A DNA stretch of 64,000 nt from an uncultured Allomuricauda sp. (GTDB taxonomy: Bacteria; Bacteroidota; Bacteroidia; Flavobacteriales; Flavobacteriaceae), in contig CAKZYF010000143.1 of NCBI GenBank assembly GCA_937884665.1, forward strand, positions 37,779-101,778. Direction: 5' to 3'. The first letter of the stretch is position 1, and every line of letters starts with the position of its first letter. This document shows positions 18,096 to 28,081 of this stretch, in pieces. The notes below the pieces were generated by a model. That model ran no database searches, was not told where the DNA came from, and worked only from the letters and a program-made list of their open reading frames with translations. Both the position numbers and the translations under genes were made by a program.

Positions 18096-20296
18096 TTTGC
18101 CACCTCGCTAATGAACTTTAATCGATATAGGCGAAGCTCTTCATCTTCATAATCGCCCTCAAATTCCTCCACAGCATGGGAGATAGAGTCGGTGTCCGCC
18201 TCCAGAAAATACTCGTGGATTTCTTCTTGTTGGTCCTCATCCAAAATTTCATCTATCCAATAGGCAATATTGAGTTTAGTGCCACTGAAGACGATTTGCT
18301 CCATTTCTTTGATAAGTGCGGGAAGTTCCAGTCCTTTGGCCGAGGCAATATCATCCAAAGGAAGCTTCCTGTCGATATTTTGGATGATGTACAGCTTTAA
18401 TCCAGAATTGGCCCCAGTACTTTTTACAACCAAATCATCGGGACGTATTACTTCATTCTCCTCAACATATCGCGAAATGAGCTCTACAAAAGGCTTTCCA
18501 TATTTTTTTGCTTTTCCTTCACCTACTCCATGTATATTCAACAATTCCGCCATATTGATGGGGTATTTCAATGCCATATCGTCAAGGGAAGGGTCTTGAA
18601 ACACCACAAAGGGGGGGACACCTAGTTTTTTGGCTTCCTTTTTCCTGAGGTCCCGTAGCAGCTTTGTGAGTTTTTCATCCGATGAAGCACCTCCTCCGTA
18701 TTTACCCGCGGTGATGATACCGTTGTTGGATTCTTCAGAATACACATGGTCCTGCGTCATCATAAACGAAGTAGGGGTTTCCAAAAATGCCTTGCCCGTA
18801 TCCGTCAAGTGCAGAATGCCATATTGCTCTATCTCCTTTTTCAGTAATCCGGCTACCAATGCTTGCCGTGTCAAGGCCATCCAAAATGCCTCATTTTTCG
18901 CTGAACCTATCCCGAAGAAATCCTTTTCATCTGTTTTATGGGAAGATATCATGGCGTTTACCTTACCGACAAGAATTTTGACAATCTCTTTGGTCTTAAA
19001 TTTTTCATTGGTACGCTGTACCACGGTCAATAGCTGTTTTACTTCTTCCCCGGCTTCCTCCTTTTTCTTCGGATTTCGGGTATTATCGTCCATATCCGCG
19101 CCTTGGCCATTGACCTCGTCAAAGTCTTCTCCAAAATAATGGAGTATGAATTTTCTCCGGGACATAGAGGTTTCGGCATAGGCCACGATTTCTTGTAACA
19201 GCGCATTGCCAATTTCCTGTTCGGCAACTGGTTTTCCGGACATGAACTTTTCCAACTTCTCCACATCTTTATAGGAATAAAATGCCAAACAGTGCCCCTC
19301 TCCCCCATCCCGACCTGCACGACCAGTTTCTTGATAGTAGCTTTCAATACTTTTGGGAATATCATGATGGATCACAAAACGGACATCCGGTTTATCGATG
19401 CCCATTCCAAAAGCGATGGTTGCGGCCACCACGTCCACCTCCTCCATCAGGAACATGTCTTGGTATTTAGATCGGGTTTTTGCATCAAACCCCGCATGGT
19501 ACGGAACAGCACTTATGCCATTGACCTGAAGAACCTGTGCCAACTCTTCCACACGTTTTCTGCTCAAACAATAGATGATACCAGATTTCCCCTGGTTTTG
19601 TTTAACGAACCGAATGATATCTGCATCTACGTTTTGGGTCTTGGGCCTTACCTCATAAAAAAGATTTGGACGATTGAATGAAGCCTTAAAAACCTTAGCA
19701 TCTGTCATGCCCAGATTTTTGATAATATCTTCTTGAACCTTGGGGGTGGCCGTAGCCGTCAACCCAATTATTGGGATATTGTCGCCCAATCGGCCAATAA
19801 TACTTTTCAGGTTTCTGTATTCCGGTCTAAAATCATGGCCCCATTCGGATATACAGTGTGCTTCGTCGACGGCTACAAAAGAAAGTGGAACAGAACCTAA
19901 AAACTCCACGTTTTCGCCTTTGGTCAATGACTCAGGTGCAACATACAGGAGTTTGGTGATACCCATCGCTATATCCTCTTTGACCTGCCTCACTTCCGTT
20001 TTTGTCAATGAAGAGTTTAGTACATGGGCGATGCCGTGCTTTTCCGAAACCCCACGAATCGCATCAACTTGATTTTTCATTAAGGCGATCAATGGTGAAA
20101 CAACTATGGCAGTGCCCTCCTTCATTAAAGCGGGCAATTGATAGCACAGTGATTTTCCGCCACCGGTAGGCATGATAACGAAAGTATCGCGATCTTGAAT
20201 AATATTTTTAATGACATCTTCCTGAAGCCCCTTGAAATGTGAAAACCCAAAATATTTTTTGAGGGACTCAAGTAAGTCGGAATTTGTAAGACTCAT
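18092..20296 (-). CDS. recQ: ATP-dependent DNA helicase RecQ
   Basis: MPTGGGKSLCYQLP, DEAHCISEWGHDFRPEY, ATIAFGMGIDKPDVR, QETGRAGRDG and an HRDC region. ATG at 20296. Confidence 0.96.
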   Translation of the reverse strand: MSLTNSDLLESLKKYFGFSHFKGLQEDVIKNIIQDRDTFVIMPTGGGKSLCYQLPALMKEGTAIVVSPLIALMKNQVDAIRGVSEKHGIAHVLNSSLTKTEVRQVKEDIAMGITKLLYVAPESLTKGENVEFLGSVPLSFVAVDEAHCISEWGHDFRPEYRNLKSIIGRLGDNIPIIGLTATATPKVQEDIIKNLGMTDAKVFKASFNRPNLFYEVRPKTQNVDADIIRFVKQNQGKSGIIYCLSRKRVEELAQVLQVNGISAVPYHAGFDAKTRSKYQDMFLMEEVDVVAATIAFGMGIDKPDVRFVIHHDIPKSIESYYQETGRAGRDGGEGHCLAFYSYKDVEKLEKFMSGKPVAEQEIGNALLQEIVAYAETSMSRRKFILHYFGEDFDEVNGQGADMDDNTRNPKKKEEAGEEVKQLLTVVQRTNEKFKTKEIVKILVGKVNAMISSHKTDEKDFFGIGSAKNEAFWMALTRQALVAGLLKKEIEQYGILHLTDTGKAFLETPTSFMMTQDHVYSEESNNGIITAGKYGGGASSDEKLTKLLRDLRKKEAKKLGVPPFVVFQDPSLDDMALKYPINMAELLNIHGVGEGKAKKYGKPFVELISRYVEENEVIRPDDLVVKSTGANSGLKLYIIQNIDRKLPLDDIASAKGLELPALIKEMEQIVFSGTKLNIAYWIDEILDEDQQEEIHEYFLEADTDSISHAVEEFEGDYEDEELRLYRLKFISEVAN

Positions 20297-20421
20297 TTCC
20301 GTGTTTCGATTTAAACCTATCAACCAATTAAAGAAGAATTTCTACTTTTCCTTTATCAGCTCTTTTTCGCAAAGAACCGCTTTCCGCATCATATAAATCG
20401 TTTGGTAAAAGATAGTTTGTT

Positions 20422-20429
20422 TAGTTTTG
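20422..20429 (+). promoter_or_regulatory. -7 element (TAGTTTTG) for kdsD-tatC operon
   Basis: Exact TAnnTTTG in an intergenic region. Confidence 0.5.
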
Positions 20430-20486
20430 TAATCTTAAATATAAGATATTCTTTTAGGAATACAACTCAATAAACTTTTAATTAAC

Positions 20487-21452
20487 TTGAGCGACATACA
20501 GGCCATTTTATCCATCGCCAAACGTACTATAGAAACTGAAAGTAAGGCGATAGCCAACCTAGTTCATCTACTCGATAAAGATTTTGCAGAAGCGGTACAA
20601 TGCATTCTTCGGTGCCATGGACGAGTTGTAGTTTCTGGGGTGGGCAAGAGCGCTATAATCGCCTCAAAAATTGTGGCTACGCTAAACTCTACGGGAACAC
20701 CTGCTATTTTCATGCACGCTGCTGACGCTATTCATGGTGATTTGGGAACCGTGCAAGAAAATGACGTGGTCATCTGTCTTTCAAAAAGTGGGAATACCGC
20801 AGAGATTAAGGCGTTGATACCGCTCATCAAACTTCGAAAGAACAATTTGATAGGAATAACGGGAAATATGGATTCCATCTTGGCGAAACAGGCAGATTTT
20901 ACGTTGAACACCTACGTGGAAAAAGAGGCATGTCCCAACAATCTGGCGCCAACTACCAGTACTTCCGTACAATTGGCCATGGGAGATGCCCTGGCCATCT
21001 GTCTTTTGGAACTTCGTGGATTCAGCAGTTCAGATTTCGCACAGTACCATCCCGGAGGAACACTTGGGAAAAAACTGTACTTAAGGGTTTCCGACATAGC
21101 GGCAACAAACCTAAAACCCGTGGTTTCGATAGATTCGAGTGTGAAACAAGTAATTATTGAGATTTCAGAAAAAATGCTTGGTGCGACCGCCGTAGAAGAC
21201 AAAGGAACCATTGTGGGCATAATCACTGATGGGGATATACGACGGATGCTGGAACAATACAACGATATTGGCTCCTTGACGGCCAAGGATATCATGACCA
21301 CAAATCCAAAATCTGTTGCCAAGGATACCCTAGCTGTTAAAGCCCTGGAGGTGCTACAGGAAAAGGGAATATCACAGCTTTTGGTGTTGGATGGGGCACA
21401 TTACGAAGGAGTCGTACACATCCACAATTTGATAAATGAAGGAATTCTATAA
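20487..21452 (+). CDS. kdsD: KpsF/GutQ family D-arabinose-5-phosphate isomerase (SIS + CBS)
   Basis: GVGKSA, AIHGDLG, SKSG and APTTST motifs with a C-terminal CBS pair. TTG start. Confidence 0.9.
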   Translation: MSDIQAILSIAKRTIETESKAIANLVHLLDKDFAEAVQCILRCHGRVVVSGVGKSAIIASKIVATLNSTGTPAIFMHAADAIHGDLGTVQENDVVICLSKSGNTAEIKALIPLIKLRKNNLIGITGNMDSILAKQADFTLNTYVEKEACPNNLAPTTSTSVQLAMGDALAICLLELRGFSSSDFAQYHPGGTLGKKLYLRVSDIAATNLKPVVSIDSSVKQVIIEISEKMLGATAVEDKGTIVGIITDGDIRRMLEQYNDIGSLTAKDIMTTNPKSVAKDTLAVKALEVLQEKGISQLLVLDGAHYEGVVHIHNLINEGIL

Positions 21453-22294
21453 TGGCGAAGACTGAAACCCAAGACCCCAATGAAATGTCCTTTTTGGACC
21501 ATTTGGAAGAGTTGCGATGGCACTTGATTCGTTCAACTATTGCCATTGTAATCGTAGCCTGTGGCGCGTTCATTATGAAAGATTTCATTTTTGATACGGT
21601 AATCTTTGGTCCAAAAAAAATGGATTTTCCTACCTATCAATTCTTCTGTAAGATTGCCACTTTTTTTGGGATCGATTCCGAGTTTTGCTCCGACGCATTG
21701 CCTTTTACTATACAAAACCGAACTATGGCCGGACAGTTCTCAGCCCATATTTGGACCTCTATTTGGGCCGGTTTCATCATTGCTTTTCCCTATGTGCTTT
21801 GGGAATTATGGCGGTTTATAAGTCCAGGACTGCACGATAACGAGCGAAAATATTCCAAGGGTTTTATTTTAGTGGCGTCTTCCCTCTTCTTTTTAGGGGT
21901 GCTTTTTGGATACTATGTAGTTGCTCCACTTTCCATCAATTTTTTGGGTACCTACCAGGTAAGCAAGGAAGTGCTCAATGAAATAGACATCAGTTCCTTT
22001 ATTGCTACGGTAAGGGCATCGGTAATCGCCTGTGGTATTATGTTCGAACTGCCCATCATTATCTATTTCTTGACCAAGGTTGGATTGGTCACTCCAGAGA
22101 TACTTAAAAAATATCGAAAGATTGCGTTGGTAATAGTCTTGATTTTATCTGCAATCATAACACCGCCAGACGTGGCCAGTCAAATTGTCGTTGCGGTACC
22201 CGTATTGATTTTGTATCAAATAAGTATTTACATTTCTAAAGTTGTTCTAAAGAAAGAACTCAAAAAACAAAAGAAGCATGCCCAATCAAGTTGA
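21452..22294 (+). CDS. tatC: Twin-arginine translocase subunit TatC
   Basis: MSFLDHLEELRW, LWRFISPGL, FELP and AIITPPD motifs. Confidence 0.96.
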   Translation: MAKTETQDPNEMSFLDHLEELRWHLIRSTIAIVIVACGAFIMKDFIFDTVIFGPKKMDFPTYQFFCKIATFFGIDSEFCSDALPFTIQNRTMAGQFSAHIWTSIWAGFIIAFPYVLWELWRFISPGLHDNERKYSKGFILVASSLFFLGVLFGYYVVAPLSINFLGTYQVSKEVLNEIDISSFIATVRASVIACGIMFELPIIIYFLTKVGLVTPEILKKYRKIALVIVLILSAIITPPDVASQIVVAVPVLILYQISIYISKVVLKKELKKQKKHAQSS

Positions 22295-22628
22295 AGCGTT
22301 CAATGCCTATCGTTCCAGAATGAACGAAAAACTACTGGCGGACAATACCAAAATCATAAAACGTATTTTTAATCTGGACACCAATGCGTTCATGCCCGGG
22401 GCTTTAGACGTAAAGACCAAGGAATTGCTTGGTTTGGTCGCATCCACCGTATTGCGCTGTGATGACTGTGTAAAATATCATCTGGAAAGTGTCAAAAAAG
22501 AGGGAGGGACCAAGGAAGAGGTAATGGAAACTTTGGGCATTGCCACCTTGATAGGAGGTACCATTGTAATCCCACACCTTCGGCGGGCTTATGAATATTG
22601 GGAGATATTGGAGGATATGGATTCCTAA
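22278..22628 (+). CDS. Carboxymuconolactone decarboxylase / AhpD-like protein
   Basis: GALDVKTKELLGLVAS...RCDDCVKYH (CxxC-x3-H). Confidence 0.88.
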   Translation: MPNQVEAFNAYRSRMNEKLLADNTKIIKRIFNLDTNAFMPGALDVKTKELLGLVASTVLRCDDCVKYHLESVKKEGGTKEEVMETLGIATLIGGTIVIPHLRRAYEYWEILEDMDS

Positions 22629-22666
22629 AAAGATGATAAAACCCGTTTGATAAAGGCGAATATGTT

Positions 22667-22674
22667 TAGCTTTG
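22667..22674 (+). promoter_or_regulatory. -7 element (TAGCTTTG) for lptB
   Basis: Exact TAnnTTTG 10 nt before ATG 22685. Confidence 0.55.
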
Positions 22675-22684
22675 GCACGTTTGT

Positions 22685-23425
22685 ATGAAGTTAAGGGCAG
22701 AAAATATAACAAAGGCCTATCGCGGCCGGAAAGTGGTCAAAGGCATCAGCCTTGAAGTGAACCAAGGAGAAATTGTTGGACTCCTGGGTCCCAATGGAGC
22801 GGGGAAGACCACATCCTTTTACATGATTGTTGGTTTGATAAAGCCAAACGGGGGCAAAATTTATCTGGATGACATGGAAATTACTGATTTCCCGATGTAC
22901 AAAAGAGCCCAAAATGGGATTGGATATCTAGCACAGGAAGCATCCGTATTTCGCAAGTTGAGTATTGAAAAAAACATTTTGAGCGTGCTGCAGTTGACCA
23001 AATTGAGCAAAAAAGAGCAGCACATGAAAATGGAATCCCTCATTGATGAATTTGGTCTGGGGCATATCCGTAAGAATCGTGGAGATCTTCTGTCAGGAGG
23101 TGAACGAAGGCGAACAGAAATTGCGCGCGCTTTGGCAACGGACCCCAAATTCATTCTGTTGGATGAACCTTTTGCCGGGGTCGACCCCGTTGCCGTGGAA
23201 GATATTCAACGCATTGTGGCACAATTGAAAAATAAGAATATCGGTATTTTGATAACAGACCACAATGTACAGGAAACTTTAGCCATTACAGAACGGTCCT
23301 ACCTTATGTTCGAAGGAGGAATCCTTAAAGCGGGCATACCAGAGGACTTGGCCAAGGATGAAATGGTTCGTAAAGTATACCTGGGGCAAAATTTCGAATT
23401 GAGGAAAAAGAAATTAAATTTTTAA
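22685..23425 (+). CDS. lptB: LPS export ABC transporter ATP-binding protein
   Basis: GPNGAGKTT, YLAQEASVFRKL, LSGGERRRTEIARAL, LLDEPFAGVDP and ITDHNV. Confidence 0.95.
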   Translation: MKLRAENITKAYRGRKVVKGISLEVNQGEIVGLLGPNGAGKTTSFYMIVGLIKPNGGKIYLDDMEITDFPMYKRAQNGIGYLAQEASVFRKLSIEKNILSVLQLTKLSKKEQHMKMESLIDEFGLGHIRKNRGDLLSGGERRRTEIARALATDPKFILLDEPFAGVDPVAVEDIQRIVAQLKNKNIGILITDHNVQETLAITERSYLMFEGGILKAGIPEDLAKDEMVRKVYLGQNFELRKKKLNF

Positions 23426-24183
23426 GCCACTTCCTTTCCCTTTCCCGCAACAAGGGAAAGTAAAACATAAAAAGCAATTATGGCAGGAACTGCCAAAAAC
23501 CTCAAGGTGAATAACAGAACAATACTGCCTATTAAAAACAGATAACGTACCTCGTTTCCCTTAAACTGCCAATTCTTGAACTTTAAGGCGAACAATTTAA
23601 TCTTGGCATTGAGAAGAAAGGTGCTCAAAAAGGCAATTCCCAGAAGAAACCATTCATTCAGAATAATATCGTTTAGCGCATCATTATTGTGGTACAAGAG
23701 AATCAAGGGCAAAGAAAGAATGAGCAAGGCATTGGCGGGAGTTGGTAAACCGATAAATGAGTCCACTTGGTCTTCATCGATGTTAAACTTGGCCAAACGC
23801 ACCGCAGAGGAAAGTGTGATTAAAAATCCAATAAGAGAAATCGGATAAAACGACAAGTTATTTGAATTCATAAAATCCAAGATTCCAAAATTGGATAAAC
23901 CGTCGCTCCATCCACCTGTTTGGGACATATTAAATAATTGAAACAGCACTATGCCTGGAACCAAACCGCTTGTGACCATATCGGCCAAAGAATCCAATTG
24001 TACGCCAATTTCACTTTTAACCTGCAACACTCTTGCGGCCAGACCATCCAAAAAGTCAAAAAAAATACCCAAACCTACGAATAGCGCCGCTAAATCAAGA
24101 CTGTTTTGAACAGCAAAAATCACGGCAAGGCATCCACTAAAAAGATTCAACAAGGTGATAAAATTGGGAATGTGCTGCTTCAT
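23422..24183 (-). CDS. pssA: CDP-alcohol phosphatidyltransferase (phosphatidylserine synthase-like)
   Basis: PNFITLLN, DFLDGLAAR..., GVQLDSLAD, RLAKFN and FIGLPTP motifs. Confidence 0.85.
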   Translation of the reverse strand: MKQHIPNFITLLNLFSGCLAVIFAVQNSLDLAALFVGLGIFFDFLDGLAARVLQVKSEIGVQLDSLADMVTSGLVPGIVLFQLFNMSQTGGWSDGLSNFGILDFMNSNNLSFYPISLIGFLITLSSAVRLAKFNIDEDQVDSFIGLPTPANALLILSLPLILLYHNNDALNDIILNEWFLLGIAFLSTFLLNAKIKLFALKFKNWQFKGNEVRYLFLIGSIVLLFTLRFLAVPAIIAFYVLLSLVAGKGKEVA

Positions 24184-24283
24184 TGGTTGGATTTTGGTAA
24201 AAATAATCTAAAAAAGAGCGTGGATACCTTTAAAAATTAGGCAGTGTTGGTTTTATTCTGATATTTGCGATGTAATTTTTTCC

Positions 24284-25459
24284 ATGAAAATTAGATTTCA
24301 ATTTCTCACTTTCTCCCTATTTGTTTTTTGGATTGGATTTGGCCAGAAGCCCCAACTCACGGAAAATTCGCAAATTAGTTTGCTGACCTGTGCGACGGGT
24401 GACCAATTGTACTATGCATTTGGTCATAGTGCCATTAGGGTACAAGATCCCATCCTGAAAATAGATGTGGTCTACAACTACGGAACATTTGACTTTGATA
24501 GGCCCAATTTTTACTTGAATTTTGTTAAGGGAAAAATGATTTACTCCCTGTCCAGAAGGTCTTTTGACACCTTTTTGTTTGAGTACGAATTGGAAAAAAG
24601 ATGGGTGAAAGAACAAATTCTGGATTTGACTTTTGAAGAGAAGAACAAGTTACTCCTATTTTTAGAAACCAACTATCTTCCTGAAAATAGGGATTACCTC
24701 TATGACCCGCTATTTAATAATTGCTCCAGTATCACAGGTGATATTTTAAAGGGGCAGTTTGGCGATAAGCTGGTTTTTGATGCCTCCCACTTGGAGAAGC
24801 AATTTACGTTTAGGCAGTTGGTACGCCAATATCTCAATATAAATTCCTGGTCCGCTTTTGGTATTGATTTGGCCTTTGGGTCTGTTGTGGACCGCGAAGC
24901 AACGGTAAGGGAACATATGTTCTTACCTTACTATGCCATGAATCAATTAAAAAATACCGTCAAAGATGGCAAACCCCTTTTAAAGAGAGAACGCTACGTT
25001 TTGGATTATGCAGAACGAGAACGCACTTCTTTTTTTCCACTATCGCCCTTGTTTTTCTTTATCTTGTTTTTGGTTTTTGTAGCGATAATTACGCACTTGG
25101 ATTTTAAGCATAAAACCCGAAGTCGTTGGTTGGACTTTTCCCTTTTTTTTATTTCGGGCTTGGTAGGCGTTGCGTTACTTTTGTTGTGGCTGGCAACGGA
25201 CCACACCTCCACACCCTATAACTACAATATCTTATGGGCTTTTCCTTTAAATATCTTGGTGGCCTTTCTACTCATCTTTCAAACAGATTTACCTAGATGG
25301 ACCCCTATCTACGTTCGGATATGCCTCGGACTTTTAGCCTTGGCCGTATTGCTTTGGATTTTTAAAGTTCAATTGTTTTCCCCTGTTCTGATACCCTTAT
25401 GGGCTGCTTTGGTCATTCGGTATGGGTATCTTTTGCATTGCTTCAAATTGAAGTTTTAA
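24284..25459 (+). CDS. DUF4105-domain membrane protein (Lnb-type lipoprotein N-acyltransferase family candidate)
   Basis: ISLLTC...FGHSAIR...YNYGTFDF and YLYDPLFNNC in a periplasmic N-domain, followed by C-terminal TM helices. Confidence 0.75.
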   Translation: MKIRFQFLTFSLFVFWIGFGQKPQLTENSQISLLTCATGDQLYYAFGHSAIRVQDPILKIDVVYNYGTFDFDRPNFYLNFVKGKMIYSLSRRSFDTFLFEYELEKRWVKEQILDLTFEEKNKLLLFLETNYLPENRDYLYDPLFNNCSSITGDILKGQFGDKLVFDASHLEKQFTFRQLVRQYLNINSWSAFGIDLAFGSVVDREATVREHMFLPYYAMNQLKNTVKDGKPLLKRERYVLDYAERERTSFFPLSPLFFFILFLVFVAIITHLDFKHKTRSRWLDFSLFFISGLVGVALLLLWLATDHTSTPYNYNILWAFPLNILVAFLLIFQTDLPRWTPIYVRICLGLLALAVLLWIFKVQLFSPVLIPLWAALVIRYGYLLHCFKLKF

Positions 25460-25474
25460 AAAGTATCCTCTCCA

Positions 25475-27346
25475 ATGAATTTAATGACAGTAGAAAATAT
25501 TGCAAAATCCTACGGAGAGTTGGTCCTGTTCTCCAATATCTCATTCGGAATAAACAAAGGACAAAAAATAGCGCTCGTCGCCAAAAATGGCAGTGGTAAA
25601 ACCTCCATTCTGAATATCATATCAGGGAAGGATGTTTCAGAGACCGGTAAGGTGACTGTTAGAAAAGGACTAAAAATAGCCTTTTTGGAACAAGATCCGC
25701 ATATCGACCCAAATTGGACGGTGGAAGAGTCTGTGCTCAGTTCAGAAAACCCCATTTTAAAGATAATTGCAGCGTATGAAAACGCACTTCAAAATCCAGA
25801 TGCTCCTGAAAAATACCAAAATGCTTTCGAGGCCATGGAACGTAACAACGCATGGGATTTTGAAACCCAATACAAACAAATTCTTTTTAAACTCCATTTG
25901 TCCGATTTAAAAATGAAGGTCGGCGCACTTTCAGGAGGACAAAAAAAACGTTTGGCCTTGGCGAACGCCCTGCTTAATAAACCGGATGTATTGATTTTGG
26001 ATGAACCTACCAATCATTTGGATTTGGACATGATCGAGTGGTTGGAAGCTTATTTCACCAAGGAAAACCTTACGCTTTTTATGGTGACCCATGACCGTTA
26101 TTTTTTGGAGCGGGTCTGCAATGGGATTTTAGAACTGGACAACAGACAATTGTACAGCTATCATGGCAACTATTCTTATTACCTTAGGGAAAAAGAAGCG
26201 AGGCAAGTGCGTGAAGCTGTCGAGCAGCACAAGAATAAAATCCTGTTCAAAAAAGAACTGGACTGGATGCGAAGACAACCTAAGGCCCGAACAACAAAGT
26301 CCAAATCCAGAATAGATGATTTTCAAGAAATAAAGCAAAAGGCCAAAAAAAGAAGAGAAGCCCATGAAGTGCAATTGGAAATCAATATGGAACGTTTGGG
26401 CAATAAAATCCTAGAACTCCATAACGTCTCCAAGTCTTTTGGTGATAGGGTCATTCTGGACAAGTTCAGCTATAATTTTATCAAAGGGGAGCGATTGGGT
26501 ATCATAGGCCAAAATGGAACTGGCAAGTCGACCTTCCTCAATATTTTGACGCAAAATGAAAATCTGGACACTGGTAAGTTGGTTGTAGGGGAAACCGTAA
26601 CCTTTGGCTACTACACCCAAAGTGGAATATCCATAAAGGAAGGGCAAAAGGTTATCGAGGTTATTCGGGAGTTTGGAGACTATATTCCCCTTAAAAAAGG
26701 CAAGCAGATCTCCGCCCAGCAACTTTTGGAGCGCTTCCTTTTCGACCGCAAAAAGCAATACGACTATGTTGAGAAACTCAGCGGTGGCGAGAGAAAACGG
26801 TTGTATTTATGTACTATTCTGATACAAAACCCCAATTTTTTGATTCTGGATGAGCCTACCAACGATTTGGATATTGTGACCTTAAATGTGCTGGAAAATT
26901 TCCTTTTGGACTTCCCGGGCTGTCTTGTCATCGTTTCGCACGACCGCTATTTTATGGACAAAATCGTGGACCACTTATTCATTTTTGAAGGAGACGGTAC
27001 CATCGAGGATTTTCCCGGCAACTATTCAGATTACCGCGTTTACGAAAACAGCCGTATCCAAGAAGGAAGAAAGAACAGGGACTCCAAGGAAAAAGGGGAG
27101 AAAATCAACTCTCGGCAAAGAGACGGCCGGAAGTTATCCTATCAAGAGCAAAGAGAGTACAAGCAATTGGAAAAGGACATCCAAAAATTGGAAGGAGAAA
27201 AAGAAGCGCTTCAAAATAAATTCTCCAATACCGAACTCACCGGAGATGAAATTGCAGGGCTTTCCATCGAACTCAAAACAGTATCGGATGCCCTAGAGCA
27301 AAAAACAGAACGCTGGTTTGAACTTTCCGCTATTTTGGAAGAATAA
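25475..27346 (+). CDS. ABC-F family ATP-binding protein (Uup-like)
   Basis: Two ABC domains (KNGSGKT/LSGGQKKR/DEPTNHLD and QNGTGKST/LSGGERKR/DEPTNDLD), no TM helices, C-terminal coiled coil. Confidence 0.93.
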   Translation: MNLMTVENIAKSYGELVLFSNISFGINKGQKIALVAKNGSGKTSILNIISGKDVSETGKVTVRKGLKIAFLEQDPHIDPNWTVEESVLSSENPILKIIAAYENALQNPDAPEKYQNAFEAMERNNAWDFETQYKQILFKLHLSDLKMKVGALSGGQKKRLALANALLNKPDVLILDEPTNHLDLDMIEWLEAYFTKENLTLFMVTHDRYFLERVCNGILELDNRQLYSYHGNYSYYLREKEARQVREAVEQHKNKILFKKELDWMRRQPKARTTKSKSRIDDFQEIKQKAKKRREAHEVQLEINMERLGNKILELHNVSKSFGDRVILDKFSYNFIKGERLGIIGQNGTGKSTFLNILTQNENLDTGKLVVGETVTFGYYTQSGISIKEGQKVIEVIREFGDYIPLKKGKQISAQQLLERFLFDRKKQYDYVEKLSGGERKRLYLCTILIQNPNFLILDEPTNDLDIVTLNVLENFLLDFPGCLVIVSHDRYFMDKIVDHLFIFEGDGTIEDFPGNYSDYRVYENSRIQEGRKNRDSKEKGEKINSRQRDGRKLSYQEQREYKQLEKDIQKLEGEKEALQNKFSNTELTGDEIAGLSIELKTVSDALEQKTERWFELSAILEE

Positions 27347-27844
27347 ATGGGATATCTTGTCCGCTATATCAAGTTTCTTATAAAGTCGACCAATCAATAT
27401 GGCATACACTCGCCTTTTGTATTCAACTATCTCACCCAATGCCTCTATCAAAAACCGAAAAAGTCGAAACACAAGGTCGAGGATATTTTAGTAAAGAGCA
27501 TTTCGTATTTCGAAGCGGAAAACATTATGATTTACGGTAATGACACACTCCAAAAACTACTTTTCCATTATTTTCCCAAGGTCTCTGAAAAAAGTGGCCC
27601 CATAGATGTCCTGTATTTTGATACACCTTCGGGTCGACTTTCCAAAGATGTCTTTTCCGATTTCCCCTTGCACAACGACAGTTTGATAGTTTTCAACAAG
27701 ATACACAGTTCCAAAAAGGCTTTCATTCACTGGAACCAATATGTTCTCTCCCAAAAGGCTACCGTGACCATTGACCTTTTTTATTGTGGCCTGGTATTCC
27801 TAAGACAAGAACAAGTGAAACAGCATTTTATCATTAGAATTTAA
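27347..27844 (+). CDS. Hypothetical protein resembling a shortened SAM-methyltransferase homolog
   Basis: N-terminal GIHSPFVF and C-terminal VTIDLFYCGLVFLRQEQVKQHFIIRI match my recollection of a longer Bacteroidota methyltransferase family. No GxGxG motif is visible. Confidence 0.6.
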   Translation: MGYLVRYIKFLIKSTNQYGIHSPFVFNYLTQCLYQKPKKSKHKVEDILVKSISYFEAENIMIYGNDTLQKLLFHYFPKVSEKSGPIDVLYFDTPSGRLSKDVFSDFPLHNDSLIVFNKIHSSKKAFIHWNQYVLSQKATVTIDLFYCGLVFLRQEQVKQHFIIRI

Positions 27845-27873
27845 AAAAGTACTTTTAACTAACGAATCACTTT

Positions 27874-28014
27874 ATGATGGATTACACTATTTACATCATC
27901 CTGGGGGCCTTGTTTTTGGTTTATTTAATAGTGTTCATCGGTAACAAAAGAGGACAAAAACGAAGAAAATCCCGCAAATTTATGGAAGGGAAACGAAAAC
28001 ATGACAGGCAATAA
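27874..28014 (+). CDS. Small (46 aa) single-pass membrane protein, absent from ORF track
   Basis: MMDYTIYIILGALFLVYLIVFIGNKRGQKRRKSRKFMEGKRKHDRQ* translated by hand. One hydrophobic helix plus a highly basic tail; fills the gap between co-oriented genes. Confidence 0.7.
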   Translation: MMDYTIYIILGALFLVYLIVFIGNKRGQKRRKSRKFMEGKRKHDRQ

Positions 28015-28081
28015 ATACGCTATATTGAGCATCCAATCCTTCGGAATTGTTTATTGTCAACGGCTAATTGATCATTGAAAA

